From the NCBI RefSeq assembly GCF_006345805.1, contig NC_043021.1:27652001-27716000 (forward strand): a stretch of 64,000 nucleotides of DNA, given 5' to 3'. The position numbers and the translations under genes are program-made. How positions within the stretch are numbered: the first letter of the stretch is position 1; each line of letters begins with the position of its first letter. This DNA is from Octopus sinensis. Lineage: Eukaryota. Below the pieces are notes generated by a model. That model made no database searches, had not been told where the DNA came from, and saw only the letters and a list, made by a program, of their open reading frames with translations. Shown here one piece after another: positions 11,905-24,552 of this stretch.

Positions 11905-13130
11905 ATAAACCCAAATATACAGCATAAACCCAAATATACAGTTCACAATGGAATACAACCAAAAGGAGCTCCCGTTCTTGGATATACTAATTAAAAAAAT
12001 TAACCTTAAAATAGAAACAGACATTTTTTACAAAGCCACAGACGCCAAACAATACCTTCTTTTTAATTCATGCCACCCAAGACACACTAAAACAAACATC
12101 CCCTTCAACCTTGCAAGAAGGATATGCACAATAGTGTCAGAACAAAATACCAGGAACTTTAGACTGCAAGAACTCAAAAACACCCTAATTGACAGACATT
12201 ACCCAGCTCAACTCATAGAGGATGTGATCAGACGTGCAACAGAAATCAACATAGAAACTTTAAGAAAAGTTCAACACAACAACACACCTTTCCCGAAAAT
12301 ACTACCTTACATATCTACATACAACCCCAGAAACAAAGAAGCCTTCACCATCATCACCCAGAATTTACCAATACTTCATAAGGACCCCAAATTAAAGGAA
12401 ATTCTAAACATACACCAAATCATTAAAAGCTACAAACAACCTAAATCACTTAAAAAGATTCTCACAAAGGCAAAATTGTTTTCTGAAATTACGGATGCAA
12501 AAGTAAAAAAATGTGGTAGATCGAACTGTGCAATATGTCCAAACCTGCTAGAAGGATCAGAATTCCTCTTTAAAGGGACAGAAATTCAAGATCAAATCTA
12601 ACTTACTTGTGCCTCTGAAAACATAATTTATGTCATAAAATGCTCGGGCTGCCACCAAGACTACGTGGGATCCACGGGACTATCACTCAGACGTAGATGC
12701 ACACTGCATCGACAACAGTTTGCATTCCCAGAATACAGAATGATACCTTTTAGTGAGCACATTGAGAAATGCGCAAAGCAACTACTACCACAATTTTTAA
12801 TCTTTCCATTTTACCAATGTGCTATCGGATCATCAACACAAATTAGACTAAACAAGGAAACATTCTTCATTGAAAAGTACAAGCCCAGACTTAACCATTC
12901 TAACATACTGATACAGAGAAATTCACACCAAGGGAAAGGAAAAAAATTTAAGCGATTATCTCCCTTACACCGGAAGAAATCACTCATTACCTCCCCTTAT
13001 TTAGGTCTCTTTTAAACATAAACATAACGAAAACTCTGTTCAACATAAACATAACGTCGTAAGAAATTTGAAAAGCTAAACGCGAAACCGGTCTTTCTTC
13101 TAAACTATGTCATTGTAGAAAAAAATTTCT
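11905..13130 (+). mobile_element. 5'-truncated Penelope-like element (RT C-terminus plus GIY-YIG endonuclease), frameshifted
   Basis: INPNIQFTMEY..ELPFLDI...FYKATDAKQYLLFNSCHPRH, then CGRSNCAIC, then after a frameshift IIYVIKCSGCHQDYVGST..LRRR..LH...KETFFIEKYKPRLN. These match the PLE RT thumb, zinc linker and GIY-YIG. Confidence 0.9.
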
Positions 13131-13311
13131 AATATTCTTCAGACATACTGACTCAAATATATATTTTCTAACCTTTAAGCTTTCTGTAGTTTTTTCACTT
13201 TTTACTATTTTCTATATATTCAACCACGTGCTTTCACAAACCAACTATCTTATCTATCTATATATATATATACATATGTATATATGTATTATATACATAC
13301 ATACATACATG

Positions 13312-13344
<33 letters not shown>

Positions 13345-13347
<3 letters not shown>

Positions 13348-13778
13348 TCAGCAGTACAATTCTACCTGCAATGTTATATGGTAGTGAAACATGGGCTACC
13401 ACAAAGAGAGAAGAGCAAAGATTGGTAACGGCTCAAAGAGCCATGGAGAGGTCAATGCTTGGAATCTCGTTGAGAGGGCACATCAGTAGCGAGGTCATCA
13501 GAAAGAAGTTCGGCGTGAGGGATGTCATCGCAGAGTATACACGCAGCAAGTTTAGATGGGCTGGGCACGTCGCCCGGCTCTCCGATAATCGGTGGACCCG
13601 TGCGAGCGGAAACGACCACCTGGAAGGCCTCCACGACAGTGGAGTTACGATTTCAGGAGGACGATTGGGATCATGTGGATGAGAAAGGCGCGATCCAGGG
13701 AAGAGTGGACAGCGTGCTGTGACCAGCAGTGTCAAATGGACGCCCGACGGAGTGGTCGGTCAAGGTGATCAAGGTGAT
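13345..13778 (+). mobile_element. RTE-clade LINE 3' fragment
   Basis: ILPAMLYGSETWATTK...AQRAMERSMLGISL...WAGHVARLSDNRW is typical of the RTE C-terminus. It ends in a short AAGGTGAT repeat. Confidence 0.88.
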
Positions 13779-13846
13779 ATATATATGCACCACCTAAACG
13801 GCGGTGCATCAGCATGGCCGCAGCTCTGAGCTGGAACTAGAGAAAA

Positions 13847-13893
<47 letters not shown>

Positions 13894-13998
13894 TAGGCTC
13901 GAAACATTAAAGACTTTTTCATTTGTTGAGCGTTATACATCTGTTTGTTGTGTAGACCACCTGTCTTCGTCTTCTGTTTTTTTGTGAATTCACTCGAA

Positions 13999-14050
<52 letters not shown>

Positions 14051-14135
14051 CTATATATATAAAGAGAAAAACAACTAGTACAAAATCTCTGAGCGATAAA
14101 TATGTAGTAACAGTACTGTACTACAGTACTCTTTG

Positions 14136-14478
14136 CCAACACGATGTGGCAGTCCCACGCAGGACGATGTTACTACTTCGACCCAGGAAAATATCTTTTC
14201 CAACTGGCTACCGACATATTATCTGTGTCCGCATACTGTGAGCAAGGGAGTATATTGTTCCCTTTCTAGCCTTAGCGGTATCTGTAGGGTAATTATTTAT
14301 GGATTATTTATGGATCATTTTCCTTCCTTGGTACAGAACAATCACCGCTTTTCATCCTGTACCGAGGAAGGCAAATAACCGAGAAACCATTGGTCGATGG
14401 GTATCGCTGGAAAAGATGTTTTTCTTGGGTTAAAAAAGAAGTAACATCGTCCTGCGTAGGACTGCCACATTGTGATGG
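14136..14478. mobile_element. MITE with ~70-bp terminal inverted repeats
   Basis: 14136-14204 (CCAACACGATGTGGCAGTCCCACGCAGGACGATGTTACT...) is inverted at 14407-14478. An extra internal hairpin lies at ~14323-14372. Confidence 0.8.
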
Positions 14479-14551
14479 ATAGCAAATACACTTTACTATG
14501 TGTATATATGTTTACACACACACACACACATGTATATATAATATATATATA

Positions 14552-14606
<55 letters not shown>

Positions 14607-14620
14607 ATATATATATAATG

Positions 14621-14830
14621 CACGAGCTGGTGCTGAAAAGTTCCTGGTTTTGAGTAAAAGAAAATACAGGACAATCACTAAATTATGATTTTATTCAACA
14701 TAATCCCCTCTCAGAGTCGCACACTTATTGCAGACGTCTTTCAGTTCTTCTAAGCTCTGTAAAAGAACCGCGAAGGCTGCACCTCCAAACAAGCAATTCG
14801 CGATACCATTAAAGCCAAGACTTCTTCAGC
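14621..14830 (-). mobile_element. mariner terminal fragment
   Basis: CGAG....GCTGAAAAGTTCC TIR-like start followed by ATTCAACATAATCCCCTCTCAG...CACACTTATTGCAG, which resembles a mariner transposase 3' end. Confidence 0.5.
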
Positions 14831-15205
14831 AATCACTTTTATATATATACACACACATATATATATAAATGTATTCTATATACAAATATACATATATAAA
14901 GTGATAGATATGTATTTAGATATTGGCATGCACAAGACAGGTATGGATGTGCGTGTGCCTGTATATAGCCCGGATATAGTGCGTGTCTGTGTGTATATAG
15001 TCCGGATACTTATTGATCAGACCACGAACACACACACACACATGTATATATATATATATATATATCTCGCTTATTGTTTCACGTACAAATGCTTAGATCA
15101 AACGAACATAAAACATAGCCACCAAAAATATAAAATCACAAAAGAACCAAAGAAAAACTAGACTAACAAGGTATATGCGTATATTCTATACATACGTACA
15201 TACAT

Positions 15206-15253
<48 letters not shown>

Positions 15254-15419
15254 CGTGACGTATTTTTGCCATTTCAATATGGCTAACCCCTAAGGGTGGA
15301 TGCTACTGTAGTTTTTAGCCCCAGGAGGACACACTCCTCCAGCTGGCCATAGAAACACTATCTGTGTCCTGTCAGTATTTGCAAAGGGAAGTCATCCTTC
15401 CCGTCTTCAACTTATGATA

Positions 15420-15464
15420 CACACGGACTAGAGTTTCGAGGTATTGACCTCTCGTCAGCGTGTG
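15420..15464 (-). ncRNA. type I hammerhead ribozyme, copy 1
   Basis: Minus strand: CACACG CUGACGA GAGGU-CAAU-ACCUC GAAA C-UCUA-G UC^CGUGUG. The catalytic core is complete, stem I is 6 bp, stem II is 5 bp and the triplet is GUC. Confidence 0.88.
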
Positions 15465-15772
15465 ACAATCATAGTTGTCGCCGAGAATTAGATTTCCTTC
15501 ACAAATACTTATACTTTTTCCAGCGCCCACTGTCGCTGATATTGAAAAAGTGAAATCAAACAATGATAAATATCAAAGTGAGTTATATACAGTAGCGGTA
15601 ACACATCGTGACGTATTTTTGCCATTTCAATATGGCTAACCCCTAAGGGTGGATGCTACTGTAGTTTTTAGCCCCAGGAGGACACACTCCTCCAGCTGGC
15701 CATAGAAACACTATCTGTGTCCTGTCAGTATTTGCAAAGGGAAGTCATCCTTCCCGTCTTCAACTTATGATA

Positions 15773-15817
15773 CACACGGACTCGAGTTTCGAGGTATTGA
15801 CCTCTCGTCAGCGTGTG
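15773..15817 (-). ncRNA. type I hammerhead ribozyme, copy 2
   Basis: As copy 1 but with palindromic stem III ACUCGAGU. Confidence 0.92.
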
Positions 15818-16125
15818 ACAATCATAGTTGTCGCCGAGAATTAGATTTCCTTCACAAATACTTATACTTTTTCCAGCGCCCACTGTCGCTGATATTGAAA
15901 AAGTGAAATCAAACAATGATAAATATCAAAGTGAGTTATATACAGTAGCGGTAACACATCGTGACGTATTTTTGCCATTTCAATATGGCTAACCCCTAAG
16001 GGTGGATGCTACTGTAGTTTTTAGCCCCAGGAGGACACACTCCTCCAGCTGGCCATAGAAACACTATCTGTGTCCTGTCAGTATTTGCAAAGGGAAGTCA
16101 TCCTTCCCGTCTTCAACTTATGATA

Positions 16126-16170
16126 CACACGGACTAGAGTTTCGAGGTATTGACCTCTCGTCAGCGTGTG
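16126..16170 (-). ncRNA. type I hammerhead ribozyme, copy 3
   Basis: Identical to copy 1 (stem III ACUCUAGU). Confidence 0.88.
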
Positions 16171-16476
16171 ACAATCATAGTTGTCGCCGAGAATTAGATT
16201 TCCTTCACAATACTTATACTTTTTCCAGCGCCCACTGTCGCTGATATTGAAAAAGTGAAATCAAACAATGATAAATATCAAAGTGAGTTATACAGTAGTA
16301 GCGGTAACACATCGTGACGTTTTTTGCCATTTCAATATGGCTAACCCCTAAGGGTGGATGCTACTGTAGTTTTTAGCCCCAGGAGGACACACTCCTCCAG
16401 CTGGCCATAGAAACACTATCTGTGTCCTGTCAGTATTGCAAAGGGAAGTCATCCTTCCCGTCTTCAACTTATGATA

Positions 16477-16521
16477 CACACGGACTCGAGTTTCGAGGTA
16501 TTGACCTCTCGTCAGCGTGTG
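16477..16521 (-). ncRNA. type I hammerhead ribozyme, copy 4
   Basis: Identical to copy 2 (stem III ACUCGAGU). Confidence 0.92.
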
Positions 16522-16679
16522 ACAATCATAGTTGTCGCCGAGAATTAGATTTCCTTCACAAATACTTATACTTTTTCCAGCGCCCACTGTCGCTGATATT
16601 GAAAAAGTGAAATCAAACAATGATAAATATCAAAGTGAGTTATACACAGTAGCGGTAACACATCGTGACGTATTTTTGC

Positions 16680-17599
16680 GTATATATATATATATATATA
16701 CACATACATATATATATATATGCGTATATATATATATATGTGTGTATATATATATATATATACACATACACATATATATATATATACATATATATACACA
16801 TACGCACATATATATGTGTGTGTATGTGTGTATGTATATATATATATATAATATATACACCTATACATATGTATATGCATCCCTACATATACGTATATAT
16901 ATGTATATATTTGTATATGATGCATGTACACACACACACACACACACATATGAAACATGCTTCTATGAACTTTTTTATGATGCCATTGAACTGAATCTAA
17001 CGAATGACGATCCTCGGCGAAAGGGTTTTATCCCCCAGTGGTGGCTTCCCGTTTCTTTTGAAATGTTTATGCATTCGTTACGATATACATACACTGCGCA
17101 GGCATATACTTGTTCCGGATTGTACTTGGCTATGGATATATGTTTGTGTGTGTATATAAACATATATATAGATATATATATAGATATATATAGATATATA
17201 AATACACGCATTCATACATATGTATACATATATACATGGATGCATAGACATATATACATACATATATATGTACATATATACACATAGATATATATGTATA
17301 TATACATACACACACGCACATATAGGTACACACATTTATATATATATACATATACATACACATAAACGTATATATATATACATGGGTATGAATATATGTT
17401 TGTGTGTGTATATAAACATAAACATATATATATATATACACACAAACATATATATATATGTGTATATATATATATATATGTGTATATATATAGACACACA
17501 TATATACATGCATGCGTATATGTTTTATATATATATATATTTACATACATACATGCATATGTATACATATATACATGGATACATATACATTATATATAT

Positions 17600-17630
<31 letters not shown>

Positions 17631-17960
17631 ACATACATACATATAGATACATATGTATGTATACATACACAGACACACATATAGGTACACACCCACCCAT
17701 ACACAAACGCAAGCACACACACACACACACACACCACACACATATATATATACATACACACAAACGTGTATTTATATATATATATATATATAGTGAGAGA
17801 CACATGTCTATGTATATTTATATGCGTACATATGTATGTACTCCTGTGTACATATGCGTACAGATGAATATATTTATATTCATATATATATATATATACT
17901 TATATGCACATTCGACTATACATTCTCATATACACCTGTTCATATGTAATAGCCTATGTG
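16680..17960. repeat. (TA)n/(CA)n/(TACA)n microsatellite field
   Basis: Direct reading. It accounts for the YI/HT-rich pseudo-ORFs. Confidence 0.9.
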
Positions 17961-18419
17961 TATACACGCGCAAGTATTCCTAGCTACTGCGTTTTTTTAT
18001 TATTCCGTATTACTAAGTTCGTTTTTATGACTAAGTCACATGTGAATATCTGTTTGTATGCATTTCTACATGCATACACATGTACGTATCTCAGCGATAT
18101 TAGATACCTGATGACCATGCGACCATGTGATACGCTGATACGCTCCATCATCAGCAGTCAGCGTGAGTTTTGAGGTATTATTGGATTTGAGGGAAAGGTT
18201 TCTGAGAAGTAGCTTATCCGTTTGATTCTCGCTAATCGAATCTCACAAAAGGCTTTTAGAACCCACCTCAAAGAAAACACCAGCTACGTTTATCTCTGCA
18301 GTGTTCTTTAATCATTGTTGACAAATTTGAAGTCAAAGTAACATCTTTCATCAGTTCGCTGATTCAAGGATTTCAACTATGATGAACGGATACACTTTTT
18401 TTGCTGCCTTTGCGATTAC

Positions 18420-18558
18420 TACCTACTACCTACCTACCTACCTACCTACCTACCTACCTACCTACCTACCTACCTAACTAACTACCTAACTACATACATA
18501 CATACATACATACATACATACATACATACATACATAGATACATATATACATACATACA

Positions 18559-18592
<34 letters not shown>

Positions 18593-18648
18593 CATACAAC
18601 ATACATACATACATACTACATACATACATACATACATATATACATACA

Positions 18649-18682
<34 letters not shown>

Positions 18683-18730
18683 CACAACTACATACGTATA
18701 TAGAATTATACACACACACATACACATACA
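18420..18730. repeat. (CCTA)n and (TACA)n microsatellites
   Basis: Direct reading. Confidence 0.95.
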
Positions 18731-19114
18731 CACAAGCCTAGATCAATAAAATCTTATATTAAATCTACATACCATCTTTCGAATCCAAAGTATTAAATAT
18801 TAGCTTATTCCTTCCAACAAAGAATCTTAAAACTCTTCACATGTCCCCTAAAAATAACAAAATAAATAAATGGAATGACCAGCAATCTCTTCGAACTGCT
18901 TCGAATTACACTCTTTGTACGCCTACGTCATTGGTTGAAGGAGTTGCGCGCCAGACACACATTGATCAGTTGATATGAAACGTTAACACTCGACAGGATG
19001 ACGTGATCGTCACTGCTTCAACGCTCCTTTGATCTTATAAGCCTCTGCTTATTCGGGGCTGACTTGCGGACTAAACTGCAACAGCAATAACAACAACACC
19101 AACAACCGTTAATC

Positions 19115-19183
<69 letters not shown>

Positions 19184-19220
19184 TTACTACTACTACTACT
19201 ATTACCACTGCTGCTGCTGT

Positions 19221-19274
<54 letters not shown>

Positions 19275-19275
19275 C
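19115..19275. repeat. (CTA)n microsatellite
   Basis: Direct reading. Confidence 0.95.
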
Positions 19276-19924
19276 GTAATCCAGAAATCAGTAACCCGGA
19301 AAGTCTTTGAAACAAAAGGTTCAGGGAAATCGATGTATTTTGTAATATCAGACTATTATTCTACTTAATACACATTCATCTGGAAACTATGATGGAGCCA
19401 AATAAATCAATTAATATTTGATCGCTGTACAATACTAATGAATGCGTTGGTATTTGCAGCCAATTTCCAATCCTTTTCTCATTTCATGCATCAAACTTGT
19501 GTCGCAAAATTAATCTTAGATTTCAAGTGATTCCTAAATTGTTGGTGACGTAACGCTTATTTGTTTAATTGTCTCATTAAATCGTTTTCGTATCGGGTCT
19601 TTTGTTGCACTGTTACGCGAATGTATATATTAAACGTATCTCGTTAGAAAAAGACGTATATATATATATATATATATATACATACATATGCTATAAGATT
19701 ACGTGGTATGTGTTGTTAAGAGGCTTAGTTAAGTCTTAGTGAGTTAAGGCAGAAATAACCATGTTAAGTTGTAATATGTAGTTAAATGATTAAAAAAACT
19801 ACATATCTCGATGGACTTTGAACTTACAACACTAAGAACCGGAAGAAATGTCGTTAAATATTTTATCCGACGTGCTAAGGAATATGCCAGTTGATCCAAA
19901 GCAATAATTCTTTCTACTATAGAC

Positions 19925-22900
19925 ACATGTTCCGAATTTGGGGAGGGGTGCTGGTCAATTACATCGAACTCAATAATAGCTTATTTTATTGACCCCGAAA
20001 AGAGGGAAGGAAAAATGTCGGTTACGTGGTTATCTGAACTCAGAATGTAAATAGGGGGCAGAGATGTCGGCAAGCAATTTGTGCTGCATTTTAACGATTC
20101 AAGCAGCTCACCGAAACATTGACCCCAAATAATAATAGCATTAACTCTATGGATATCGTCGACATCGGCATTGACTTGTGTCTGAGAATTAAATCTACAG
20201 CGAGTGATTGAGCCCCTTCACCTTGATGGGTGTTTAGGGTACCGGTGCCTGGGGTAGCTGTTCAGGCCAATGGTGGTATAGAAGAGCAGGGGACATTTAT
20301 TGCAAGGGAGAGTTGGCGGGGAACAAGGAAGTGTGAGTCACTTTTGGCGTCGTCTTCGACATCTGATCTCTACCTTTTGACGTCTGTTTCTTCCCATCTA
20401 TACTGATATTACGAGCCATTAAAGCAACACATTTCAGTACAGGATCAGGAATGAGACGATTTGGCTTCTTAATCCTTGTGTTGCTATGCTAATCCAATTT
20501 ATAAAGTCATAAGTCCTGATAAATAGCAACAAATGCTTAATTTTTAAAGTTTAATAATAATACGGATTAGCTATATGTTGGATCTCTTATTTTAAAGATA
20601 ATCTCTGACTTAGAAATTTCACTTTACTACCGTGAATGTTTAATTATTCTTTCTCTTCCTTTACTCGGGCCCTAGAACTTATAAGGGGGTTTCCCCGGTT
20701 TTCATGGCGTATCAATGACCGAGATGACAAAATTCATTCTTGTCTGTTGTAGGATTCAAGGATAGCAGGCAATTATGAAAGGAAGGGTCTGTCGATTACA
20801 TTTACTCCAGTACTTGACTGATACTTTATTTTATCGAACCCAAAATGATGAAAGGCAAAGATGACCGACCATGACGGGATGTGAACTCAAATGTAAAGAG
20901 CTGGAAAGAATGCCAGCAAGCAGTATAACCCATGGGCTAAAAATCCTGCTATTTCGCTTGTCTCCTATTTTTAACAGCAATTCATATTATTTAATGATAT
21001 ATACTATAACAGAATTCAGATACACGTTCAAAGCGATACAGATCTAAACAGAGGTTAAAAGCAGTGTCAGGTATATCTGTTAGTTTAATCAAAAATTTTA
21101 ATCTCTTCATGAAATTATTAGATTAGGTTTGAAAGCATATTTCTCGAAGCTTCGTTGCATTATTTCATGCTTTGCCTGTATGCACTGTGTTATTATGTGA
21201 GAGCATAAAAAACTAGATTACATTTTTGAACGATACTTTGAATATCTACCTAACACTGTAAAGCAATTGATCTGTGGAAAAGAAGAATATGCAATCTTGT
21301 CTCTGTAGTCAAATATTGCAAATCGCTTTATCATCCTGTCCTTGCATCTCTCTATCACAACATCTATCATTTAACCCTGAAACGTTTTCAACTTTCTTTC
21401 TATCTGCTCATACATTATCATGTATATAGTGAAAACTATATCATCAGTACTCAGGATGGTTAACAATGATTTTCTCCTATATTGCTTCGGGTTTAACATT
21501 TTGTTTAACCAATACCGAATTCTGGAAGTTTCCAAAGTTACTCGAATCAATTGTATTTCTTTTGCAACACAGATCAATTATCAAGAGCCTAAAATACTGA
21601 TAAGAGCTTCTTGATCTCACATTATTTTTTTTCCTTCTCAATTTAAGATCGTATTGCCTCTTTACCTATTTTCTTTGTTTCTATGTTACGTATATAACCA
21701 TTATATATTTTGTTGTGGCAATCATTGTATAACATGGTCGTTCTATAAATCTTATATAATCGCTGTAAATTATCGCCGAAAACAGCACGGCATGACCGAA
21801 ATTACTGGCCTTGTGCCAAAACATGAAACCAATATTTGGTGCGTACAGACAATTGACAGGCAAAGTATTTACAACATTCATTAGAGCTCTTTACGTTCTC
21901 AGTTCGCATTCTCCCTGTATCATCTTGAATATTTACCGTTCTAGGGACAATAAAATAAGGTCTAGGGGGTTCCCTTTCTTCCTCTATTATAATTTCAATC
22001 TTGTCTTGGGATGTTTCCACAGAAGAAGTTACTGCAATGGGAAGTTAGCACTAAGATGGAGGCGGGAGACACCATTTCAGACAAAGTGCGACAAAGTGGG
22101 AAGTTACACTTTTATTAAAATTACTTTGAAGAATAAACTTATAAATGTATTTTTAAAAATGACTTCCCTATAAGGCACACCAAAAGTAGTGTTACTCATT
22201 TCTACACTATGTGGTTCTATGAAATACTGGTTTCAAATATTGGCACAAGGTCCGCAATTTCAAGAGAGGGGTTAAGTCAATTTCCTCGACTCTAGTACTG
22301 GTACGCATTTTATCGGCCCCACAGGATAAAAAGGTAAAGCTGACCTGAACAGAATTTGAACTTAGAACGTAAAGACGGGCGAAATGCCGCTAAGGATTTT
22401 GCCCGGTGGGCTAACGATTCTGCCAACTTCCCGTGTTGGTTCCATGAAAATAATAATTCTTTCTGTTACTGGTACAAGACCTGAAGTTTGGTGTGTGTGT
22501 TTAAGTGGGAGTGGGTCCATTACATCTACACCAGTGTTCAACTGGTACTTACTTTCTCGACCCCGAAAAGATGAACACCAAAGTTGAATTATACGGAATT
22601 TGAACTCGGAATGTAAAAACGGACGACTGACACTAAATGTGGTAACGATTCTGCCAGCTTTGATGGTTTTAAATCTTGGTACAGGATCAGCAGTTTTGAG
22701 TTAAGTCGATTATATTAATCCTAGGATTTTTACCGCCACTTTATTAATCCTGAAACGATAAAATGCGAATTTGATCTCGATCGTAAAGAACTGCAAGAAA
22801 TTCTCCTAACAGTTTTTGTTCGACGCGCTAAAATTTCAACCAGCTTGCCGCTTCGAAAGTATATTAATTAATTACTATTAAATTAATACCTGTTCCAATG

Positions 22901-23715
22901 TGATATCACTTTTGTAGATTGACGAAGATCGAACTGAGATCCACTGATTTATAGGAAAACTAATGTATTTGTGAGGTACATTAGTTTATCGAGATAAAAG
23001 AATGGAGGACAAAGAAGAGCTCACGGCTTCTTAAGATGATATTCGTTTCAAATTCTGGCCCAAGGCCAGCAAGTTCTAAGGAAGTGCTAAGTTGATTAAA
23101 TGGACCCTAGTAATCAGCTGGTACTTATTTTATCGACCTCGAAAGGATGAAAGGTAATGTCGATTGCGATGGAATTTGAACTTAGAATGTAAAGACGGAC
23201 GAAATACCGCTAAGCATTTTGTCCGGCGTGCTAACGATTCTCCCAGCTCACCGCCATAGAATTAATACTCTTTTACTTGTTTCAGTCATTTGACTGTGGC
23301 CATATATCGACGCCAACGTTTATTCTTTGTAAGCCTAGTACTTATTCTATCCGTCTCTTTTGCCGAACCGCTAAGCTACGGGGACGTAAATACACCAGGG
23401 GTGGATAAAATAACTTCCAGTTGAGCACAGGAGTCGATGTAATCGATTTGCTCACTCACCCGAAATTGCTGGCCTTGTGCCAAAATTTGATACCAATCTG
23501 ATAATTTATTATAATTCGATTCTCATCTTAGATGCCGTAAATGAATATGAAATCAACACCAACGCTTAATTAGTATTTTCATTTTATCGACGGAGAATGA
23601 TCACGTGAAATGTTGACATTAGCGTCATTTGAACACAGAACGTGGAAGATACATAGCTTCATTCCATATGGCATTTTGTTCGACGCGCTTAAGGTTTTGC
23701 TAATTCACCACCAAT
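19925..23715 (-). mobile_element. cluster of about 7-8 family B SINE copies (Nin/Deu-domain-like), mostly minus strand
   Basis: Repeated ACTTATTTTATCGACC.CGAAAGGATGAAAGG motif (reverse complement of CCTTTCATCCTTTCG.GGTCGATAAAATAAGT) near 19980, 20820, 22300, 22550, 22740, 23125 and 23580. The motif resembles the Deu/Nin SINE core. Boundaries are approximate. Confidence 0.75.
23266..23400 (-). mobile_element. SINE family A, 3' fragment
   Basis: TACTCTTTTACTTGTTTCAGTCATTTGACTG...GCCGAACCGCTAAG. Confidence 0.8.
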
Positions 23716-24451
23716 TTCATCGACTATACATTTCCACCAAAATTCTTGATCCTGTGTCTAAGACAGAAATCAATATCTTCTCTTTGAAATTCCTTTATTT
23801 GTATCATATCGTAACCCCAACTTTATTATCTGCAGCTACAGTAATATTTATGCAACCTTAATTAAAAACAAAAGGAAGCGAACGTAGCGATGTAGAGGCG
23901 AATATATATCCAATTAGGTGAACAACACTTCTCGTATACAAACAGTACTTAATTAGGTATCAGATAGAATGGGAACTATTTCAGTTGCTAAGGATACTGT
24001 ATGGGGGCGGGAGGTGAGGGGGGGGAGACGGAAGTTATTTGATTATTTTGTTCTTCAACTAGGATCGCCACTCACACAAGTCTATTGATTGCTAACCGGG
24101 CAACAATACCGAAGATTGTGGCTGTTTATCTGAATTGCTTCATTAATGTGTCCTATGTTTAAAGCGTTCCAGCTGTGACCATCCCAATTATTTTTTCCAT
24201 CTAAGACTATATCATCCGATATGTTACGTATACACACACACACACACTCACACACACACATACACACTCACACACACACACACATACACACACACTCTCT
24301 CTCACACACACACACTCACACACACATACACACACACGCATACACACACACACATACACACACTCACACACACACATACACACACACTCACACACACATA
24401 CACACACACTCCCTCTCACACACACACACTCACACACACACATATACACAC

Positions 24452-24497
<46 letters not shown>

Positions 24498-24552
24498 GAA
24501 ACATAGAAGTTGAACCAGTGTGGAATAAAATAACGTTAATAATTTATCGAAG

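Larger units (their letters stand above)
15252..16679 (-). mobile_element. tandem array of four ~353-bp hammerhead-ribozyme units (retrozyme-like)
   Basis: ATCGTGACGT recurs at 15252, 15605, 15958, 16311 and 16662. Each full unit holds a canonical type I hammerhead on the minus strand. The array is flanked by (TA)n on both sides. Confidence 0.9.

Noticed and set aside
15372-16620. Repeated 63-aa ORF with a P-loop-like ATVGAGKS in the 353-bp units
   Set aside because: It has a TTG start, is very short and has no further NTPase motifs. It overlaps the ribozyme, which explains the unit better. An 8-residue Walker A match is expected by chance.
15252-16679. CRISPR-like or satellite interpretation of the tandem array
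   Set aside because: There are no unique spacers and the context is eukaryotic. The intact ribozyme in each unit argues against a plain satellite.
19075-19370. Thr-rich mucin-like reading frame
   Set aside because: It derives from a (CTA)n microsatellite, has no start codon and shows no convincing splice sites.
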